Virus record (IMG/VR): IMGVR_UViG_3300027779_000030
Coordinates: 1-62,566 of that record
Direction: 5' to 3' (one strand)
DNA from: a virus
Lineage: Duplodnaviria; Caudoviricetes
DNA: 62,566 nt
Shown here: piece by piece, positions 57,301 through 62,566 of the stretch
Layout: the number at the start of each line of letters is the position of its first letter
Numbering within the stretch: position 1 is the first letter of the stretch
Notes under the pieces: generated by a model
The model's database searches: none
What the model saw: the letters and a program-made list of their open reading frames with translations, nothing else
What the model was told of the DNA's origin: nothing
Program-made: the position numbers and the translations under genes

Positions 57301-57924
57301 TAAATCTATAGTATTATCATCTTCAAAATAATCTATTCCCTGTTCATCTAACGAAATCTTTATAGACTCTAAAGATATGTCATTCATTTCTCTATAGTTA
57401 CTATCAAAGAATGTTAATTCATCGTCGTCCTCAGAGTTAACTATTATTCTTTTTACTTGAAATTGATCTATATCATCAGTCAGTATTGAGCTAATATCTA
57501 TTCCTACAAAAAGTAGCGGATTTAAAAATGATTCGAAAAACCAATTATTCTTTACTCCAAATTCAGTTGGGATATTAAGAGAAGTATCTTTTATCTTTTC
57601 TAAGTCCTGTACTAATTTAGATACTTTTTTTAATTCAAACTTTCTGACATCTCCGTTTGCTGATTTAATTCCAATGACTTCATCATTAGCCGATATTAAC
57701 GTATCAAAGTTATTGCTTACGTTTTCTATTTTACTTTTAAGATATCCGAAAGATGGAACATTGATAGTTGTTTCAGTTCCATCGTTTAGGCGCTGCTTTA
57801 TACTTACATTTTCTGACTTAGACTCAAGAATTTTCTCAAGACTAAATAGAAAGGCATTCATATTATCTACATCGACTACTAGTCTAGATAATAAATCTGA
57901 TATTGTGTTTTTATTTTCGCTCAT
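54367..57924 (-). CDS. Large structural protein with central coiled coil (1185 aa)
   Basis: Coiled coil (KIAEKESLK...LQSQLTS) flanked by beta-rich FN3-like segments (VQFKIRYRY, SEAGWP..ESVWS). Confidence 0.55.
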   Translation of the reverse strand: MSENKNTISDLLSRLVVDVDNMNAFLFSLEKILESKSENVSIKQRLNDGTETTINVPSFGYLKSKIENVSNNFDTLISANDEVIGIKSANGDVRKFELKKVSKLVQDLEKIKDTSLNIPTEFGVKNNWFFESFLNPLLFVGIDISSILTDDIDQFQVKRIIVNSEDDDELTFFDSNYREMNDISLESIKISLDEQGIDYFEDDNTIDLEVPINRLKGSFDVIKIFEEEVDTTLASSNDVVSLVTRRYKVSTLNYTDVLEDTVNNRMLAAGDVLMTDNDSEYKIVSVDKTNTEILLERIFGIDPITIGADVLKLKPIKYRTPELQVNVGYNERQVIFIKPISKSNNLTVDDYSNGFGVYTNSLKITLEDESETTLESYYNNFVADFGLILLNAAKERKIPAAIAEDPNIPALNPSDFSVVQIDEHIKEDEDQKVIQNKIAEKESLKVKVKENTKKIDDLKSRLNDSQKTSSEKKRIEKKIKSSVEQKATLQSQLTSAVKEITLDISTRPAFIRTPKYRVRGFWPIPEAKENKYGKQEVVQFKIRYRYLSKKGTAPNAKQSRIKEGGESKFAVFSPWSEVLTKARRKELDSSTGLYIWTTEDLSNADEVNINQLDIPIRKGETVETQIKSLSEAGWPDNAAESVWSKSIQVSFPEDIESAEEASIISQKTFAEEARLDFEDELTTRGLDLHLQNQFTTGERFFSHKAEDISSGFYTSEGKTIDLYAQVKAMQNIIEGLQQSITDAKGTLKVTVIDDKGNVSEVTTGDTLKLFAGFYRDEIADTSGGVTVYNDGKVITKQYVISIENTSATKLELVSSLMGGIDQIAPLSDPGSFPTSDYHVNRRYDLASLSINSATEGETSGDIHLTGYQSSQVKSQYLYSRYFNYGLSDALYSSTSVAPALTAYAYDGVSVGGEDVPIQGQHYVPFVPAGIAAPYSNDGVPNTNIWVGTSAVANTPDGGGVQSEFCIHIEHPSIQNFGAAYDITLGTSLKDFFEPEFNPVTTQAYLPISHATFMETSVNEDTGILGQKHYVQSNRNTISTFVSNLTRTADHYPTRIGFKPDDEFLIGKYTCGNYLFVFPNDYPDISVDGNHPSLSIKEISMGSENSINIPVLYQFRASDKLGNIGGYRFSTAPLNNIKYAKKIGIDIGVKDEAPFSFDIEISSQYKKETTLDAPIVPSRGNVSINF

Positions 57925-60026
57925 TATCTTATTTTGTCTATTTTAAATGTTAAAGTATCAGGATTTATACAAATTATTTCAAAAATAGGGGTATTTCCCG
58001 ATGGAGTAAAATCTAGGTCATTTAATAGTCCTACTGTTATCCCATATATTCCATTATTCATTTTATTTAAAGCATCTGTTTTAATCTTTAAATTATAAAT
58101 ATCTGGAATTAATTGATCTTCTATTACAATCCTTAGCATTTGACCTTTAGCCCATTTTATTTGGCTATCGTCTATAAATATCTCTAAGTCTCTAGTTAGA
58201 ATTATTGGGTTATTACTATTCTCATGCCTAACATAATTTGAAAAAGTTCCTAGGCTTATTACATTATTGCTAAATATATTTGTAATAGAATTATTAGATA
58301 TATTATATTCCTGGTTTGAATTAACTAATTTAACTCTGTTAGGAGTTCGTCTATCTAAGTTTATTCCATCTCCTGGTCTAATTGTATCGCTAGCATATGA
58401 TATTTCTACGTTTTCTGTGCCATTAATTATACTATTGATTTTAGAATTAACATTATCAATCATATTAGTTAGCTCTCCAGTCTTGTTGAAAATTGCACTG
58501 TTTGCTTCTAAGGAGGTCTCAACATTATCAATTCTTAATTCTAATTCTTTTTGATCTTCAGAATTGATTAACAAGTCTTTTAGTTTTTCAACGTCTTGAG
58601 ATAATTTAGTTAAATCAAGTAGCTTGTCTCCTATTTTAGTCTGTAATTGTTTAAACTCAGTCAAAACATCAGTAAATAGGTCCAACGAGAACGTAGAAAA
58701 ATCGTTTATTGATCTTTCAATAAGTACGTTTTCAATAGATGTATCTAACTTTAGATTTAGTTTAAACGAAAACGCGTTACCATTTATTTTGTTTAATGGG
58801 TCTGGTTTATATTTTGTAATATATGGTATACTAAATTCTAGACCACTTTGTTCAATTTGATCTAGAAAAAGAATTCCATATAAATTAGTTTTAAAGTCTA
58901 GTGGGTTACCTTCGTCATCTAGATTATTAGGATCGTAAGTATCATAGTATACCAGAATTGCATTGAATTGAAAATCTTTATTTGCAACATAGTCATTTAG
59001 CTGGGCAAACACATTTATTTCTGGGTTTTCAGAAGCAAGTTTATAGTTATCTAAATTAAAATCTAGAGATATACCATCTAGATCGGATCTTACGTAATCG
59101 ACAGTCGCTAATCCAAGAGTTTTAGTAACATATTTATTTTCTGCAATATTATATTCCCCGGATAAATTAACGTTATCTGTATAGTATGCATTCTTAACGG
59201 TTTGGTTAAACCAATTCCCAGGAACGGCTGTTCCTCCGTATGTTGATGCCATTTCTGAATATACGCTTCCATCATCTAAATCATAATAAGCTTTTATAGA
59301 TAATCCAAATGGGTGAGTCTCATTAAAATGACGACCAGATAAATATTCAATATCTAAAGGATCGTTTGGATTATTTCCAACTGTCATATTTGGAAAATAA
59401 TTTGAATCAGTAATAGAGTCAAATAAAACGTGTGGAGTGGTTCCTACATTAGTTGGAATATGAATATATACTTCAGTATATGAATTATCTTTTGATTTAA
59501 TTGTATTTACTACATCAATATCCCCAAGGTATTGAACAACTCTATTATATGTACTATTTGTTGTACTCTCCTCGGCAAATCTCTTTTCTGTTCCTAGCGA
59601 TGTTATATTTTTTTCTAAATTATTAGCATCTCTAAATCTAATTGAGCCAGATTCCTTTAGCCACTTCCAAAATACTCGCTCTGAGACTGTTAATTTTTCG
59701 TCTCTGTTATATTGAGGGCGGCCAATCAATAGAGATTCAAAATTCAAAGCATAGCTTTGAAAACTTTGAGCTAAATTCATGTTTTGATCTACGGTTACAC
59801 CATCTATTAAATGGCTTTCACCTTGAGCCATGAATTGAAATTTATTATCCGTTTCTAAAGTATTAGGTACTCCAAATTCAGGGATTCTTAAAAGAGCAAA
59901 TTTAGAAAACCGAACCGCGGTTTCACTATTTGTTAGAGTTATATTAATATCCTCTAATGCACTCTGAAAGGTATAAAAAATTCCTTTTTTATTTAAGATC
60001 GGTTTAAGTAAAGGTGTTACTGCCAT
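57924..60026 (-). CDS. Structural (baseplate/tail) protein (700 aa)
   Basis: GIFYTFQSALED...FSKFALLRIP, SERVFWKWLKE, FNAILVYYD motifs; operon context. Confidence 0.55.
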   Translation of the reverse strand: MAVTPLLKPILNKKGIFYTFQSALEDINITLTNSETAVRFSKFALLRIPEFGVPNTLETDNKFQFMAQGESHLIDGVTVDQNMNLAQSFQSYALNFESLLIGRPQYNRDEKLTVSERVFWKWLKESGSIRFRDANNLEKNITSLGTEKRFAEESTTNSTYNRVVQYLGDIDVVNTIKSKDNSYTEVYIHIPTNVGTTPHVLFDSITDSNYFPNMTVGNNPNDPLDIEYLSGRHFNETHPFGLSIKAYYDLDDGSVYSEMASTYGGTAVPGNWFNQTVKNAYYTDNVNLSGEYNIAENKYVTKTLGLATVDYVRSDLDGISLDFNLDNYKLASENPEINVFAQLNDYVANKDFQFNAILVYYDTYDPNNLDDEGNPLDFKTNLYGILFLDQIEQSGLEFSIPYITKYKPDPLNKINGNAFSFKLNLKLDTSIENVLIERSINDFSTFSLDLFTDVLTEFKQLQTKIGDKLLDLTKLSQDVEKLKDLLINSEDQKELELRIDNVETSLEANSAIFNKTGELTNMIDNVNSKINSIINGTENVEISYASDTIRPGDGINLDRRTPNRVKLVNSNQEYNISNNSITNIFSNNVISLGTFSNYVRHENSNNPIILTRDLEIFIDDSQIKWAKGQMLRIVIEDQLIPDIYNLKIKTDALNKMNNGIYGITVGLLNDLDFTPSGNTPIFEIICINPDTLTFKIDKIR

Positions 60027-60050
60027 TTTATCTAAATTAAATTTTTAATA

Positions 60051-61034
60051 TTATTGATAAATCTCCATTCCAACCATAGATGTTATTAATAATCTATCGT
60101 TTGTATTTTGATCTAGTATATAATTAAACGTAGCATTTGCTGCGTGTTCGGTTATTGCCTGTGCTATAACATTAGAGTTAGTTGATCTTATTCCTAAGAA
60201 TAAGGCATTTGAAACAAAATTATTATGCATAACTATTGGGGCATTCAATGCTGCCGCATTTACTCCAGCTTTAAACTTTAATTCTAAGCCAGCTAAGTTT
60301 ATAGTTGATGATATACTTCCTGATGTAGAATTTTCTAAAACATCGACTAAGTAAATAGTAAATGTCGTATTTTGTGCAGGTGGGTTGTTTACATCAAAAT
60401 CAATATATAAGCAGAACTCAGTAATACCTGCATTTAAGGTTGTTGTTCCCGTATCATATACTTGATTTGGACCGATAGCGGTTACACAGCTTAGATTAAC
60501 ATATATGTTTCTTCTAGAAGTATTAGTAAGGGTGATTCTTCCATCTGCTTCATTTGTAACAATATTATACTCTACAGGAACTACTACTGTTTCTTTAGAT
60601 TCTACAATTGAAGAATCATATTTAATAGTATTTGTAAAAGTAGCGGGGCCGGCTGAAGTAAGTGAAGTATTCACAGTTGCTGTGTTTACAGATAAATCAT
60701 TCATTGACGATATCATATCAATATTTAGATGATCTACGTTTAATACTGATTCATCATTTCCGTTCTTTTCTAGTTTTGCTATTATTTGATTAGGTATTCC
60801 TGTTTGAAATATAAATCCTCCATCTTGCATTATAACATTTTGGGTATTTATATTGTTTATCGGATTATCTACTCCTATTGAAATGGTGTTGATATCCATT
60901 TCAAATGTGTTTATTAAGTCTTCCGACTTATCTTTTAGAATTAAAACATTCGAATTATGTATCTGAGCTAAGTCAGTTATAAAATCCGTTTGCAATATTT
61001 CTTGAATTGCTAAATTAATTGGTGAAAATGCCAT
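60051..61034 (-). CDS. Structural protein, fibre-like
   Basis: N-terminus IQEILQTDFI.D.AQI.NSN resembles the N-termini of other fibres here; GATAAATA at 61057-61064. Confidence 0.55.
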   Translation of the reverse strand: MAFSPINLAIQEILQTDFITDLAQIHNSNVLILKDKSEDLINTFEMDINTISIGVDNPINNINTQNVIMQDGGFIFQTGIPNQIIAKLEKNGNDESVLNVDHLNIDMISSMNDLSVNTATVNTSLTSAGPATFTNTIKYDSSIVESKETVVVPVEYNIVTNEADGRITLTNTSRRNIYVNLSCVTAIGPNQVYDTGTTTLNAGITEFCLYIDFDVNNPPAQNTTFTIYLVDVLENSTSGSISSTINLAGLELKFKAGVNAAALNAPIVMHNNFVSNALFLGIRSTNSNVIAQAITEHAANATFNYILDQNTNDRLLITSMVGMEIYQ

Positions 61035-61077
61035 ATTATCTTAAATTATTTTATTTTATTTATCATAAATCGTTAAG

Positions 61078-62565
61078 TTAGTTTATAAGTTTAAGTTTTC
61101 TATTGTCTAACCTTGATTCTATTTTTTTAATATACTGTTGCTTTGTTAAAACGTTTATCATTTTAGGAGCTTCATTTGTATATATGTTATTTTTATTATC
61201 ATATATTTCTACCTTGAGAGCATATCTTCCTAGATCTTTAAATTTCCAAACAAAGAAAGGAACTGATTTTACTTTTACTACTTCTTCTTCTGTTTGAGTA
61301 TTATATAGAGTCCAAGTAAATTTATTTTTTCCATCTATATTGTTGATTGTAAAAAACATTGGGCAATTTTCTGGTATATCAAATGACGTCTCAAAAACTT
61401 TTATATCGTTTATATTAAATGAGTTTTGATCTATAGTAGTGGGTAAATATCCAATCTGTTTATCATTTTCAAACTTCCAACATTTTTTGCCTACCCAAAA
61501 ATTAGGATCTTGAACTGATCCACTTAAGATATCTGATGTTTTCGCGTGTAAAAATAAAGTCTCTTCATCAAACATCGGGTATGTTAATTTTAGATATTCG
61601 ATAAGTCTCCTAGAATATACTTCTTTTGGTAAAAAGAATGTGTATTTGTCAATATTGCACGATCCTCCGGGGCTAGACGTAAGCGGTGAGCCTGGGCTTG
61701 ATGTTGGGATACTTGGACTTGATGCTGGGCTACTTGGACTTCCTCCCCCATCTGAATATATTATGTGATACATTTCCTTGCTTAAATATTCTGCTTGCGC
61801 ATGAACTATATATTGGCAATCAGAATGTCTCCCATCTATTATCTCATAATTGAATAGGTTTATAGCAGGATGGTCGCTATCATTTAAAATAACTATGAGT
61901 TCATCCAATGTATTAAAATTAGGAATAGTATATGTTGAAAATAGAGACATTTTGATAGTTTGTCCTGGTTTTGGGTCAGATATATAAAAACCTGCTTTAA
62001 AGTCGTCTACATAAACATTTCTTGTGAATCTATTGAAGAACATAGATTTAAGACTCACATCTTTGAAATCTTCTAACTTCATAGGATGTCGAGTTCCACC
62101 TATTCCCCAATATTCTTTTTTAGGATGAGATTGAGTCGGATCATTATATGGAATATATGTATTAGAGTCAACATCATATAATTCAGCGTCATATATATTT
62201 TGTCCCATTCCGTATCTATTTTTAAAGAACCATTGCCACTCTAATAAATTCTTATATACGTTTACTTCAGTTATTGCTTTTTCATTATCTAATACATTGA
62301 TTTTTGGATAGTAAAACGGGGATGTTCCAAAGTCTATCATTCTAACATTATCTAAATTATCTATTGAATATTTAAATTTATCTTCTAGTCGAGTTGTCGC
62401 GATAATATGGGGTTTCTGATCTGGATCTACTCTAATTATTTTACTAAATACATTTGTGTTTCCATAGAAGTCATGTAAGTGGGCGATTACCCTATACGTT
62501 CCACTGTATGGTAATATATGTGGTAATTTATGTAAATCTTTTATTTTGCCTCTATATTTAAACTC
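61078..62565 (-). CDS. Structural protein with PKD-like C-terminus; partial, open beyond the window end
   Basis: The frame stays open upstream of 62340 to the edge (EFKYRGKIKDLHKLPHILPYSGTYRV...). C-terminal FTWTL...WKFKDLGRYALKVEIYDNKNN; Ser/Pro-rich insert at about 61660-61750. Confidence 0.65.
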   Translation of the reverse strand, partial: EFKYRGKIKDLHKLPHILPYSGTYRVIAHLHDFYGNTNVFSKIIRVDPDQKPHIIATTRLEDKFKYSIDNLDNVRMIDFGTSPFYYPKINVLDNEKAITEVNVYKNLLEWQWFFKNRYGMGQNIYDAELYDVDSNTYIPYNDPTQSHPKKEYWGIGGTRHPMKLEDFKDVSLKSMFFNRFTRNVYVDDFKAGFYISDPKPGQTIKMSLFSTYTIPNFNTLDELIVILNDSDHPAINLFNYEIIDGRHSDCQYIVHAQAEYLSKEMYHIIYSDGGGSPSSPASSPSIPTSSPGSPLTSSPGGSCNIDKYTFFLPKEVYSRRLIEYLKLTYPMFDEETLFLHAKTSDILSGSVQDPNFWVGKKCWKFENDKQIGYLPTTIDQNSFNINDIKVFETSFDIPENCPMFFTINNIDGKNKFTWTLYNTQTEEEVVKVKSVPFFVWKFKDLGRYALKVEIYDNKNNIYTNEAPKMINVLTKQQYIKKIESRLDNRKLKLIN

Positions 62566-62566
62566 G

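Noticed and set aside
1-62566. tRNA, rRNA, IS or integrase genes; eukaryotic giant-virus origin suggested by the annexin, DOT1 and aaRS-like genes
   Set aside because: No cloverleaf/T-loop or transposase motifs were seen in the short intergenic gaps. T4-like terminase, baseplate and neck genes, sigma factor, bS21 and peptidoglycan hydrolases indicate a bacteriophage.

Overview
AT-rich (roughly 30% GC by eye), densely coded segment of a large T4-like (myovirus-type) bacteriophage genome, read in the standard genetic code. The host is most likely Bacteroidota, judging from a Bacteroidia-type bS21, T9SS-cargo-like genes and A-rich, SD-less translation starts. From about 12.7 kb to the end the window is a virion morphogenesis region: large terminase, gp6-like wedge, gp26/gp51-like pair, gp3/gp15/gp14-like tail and neck genes, several fibres including a 2298-aa mosaic protein, large baseplate-type proteins and a sigma-70-type factor. 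Genes here are punctuated by a recurrent (T/G/A)ATAAATA late-promoter motif. The left 12.7 kb is accessory. It holds a four-domain cell-wall enzyme (CHAP + alpha/beta hydrolase + PG-binding + GH19), an ATP-grasp-like/bS21/NUDIX operon, an annexin-repeat protein, and a pre-toxin-TG-like protein coupled to a DOT1-like methyltransferase. It also holds a DNA-modification cluster (class II aaRS catalytic-domain-only enzyme, DUF6378-like protein, T4 beta-glucosyltransferase homologue). Several late accessory proteins start with motifs resembling the T4 capsid-targeting sequence. Two candidate programmed frameshifts missing from the ORF track were found: a -1 site A_AAA_AAG at 23316-23322 that adds 130 aa, and a +1/-2 site at a U7 run at 20361-20367. 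No tRNA, rRNA, CRISPR array or mobile element was recognised. Family calls come from motif recognition by eye, not database searches.
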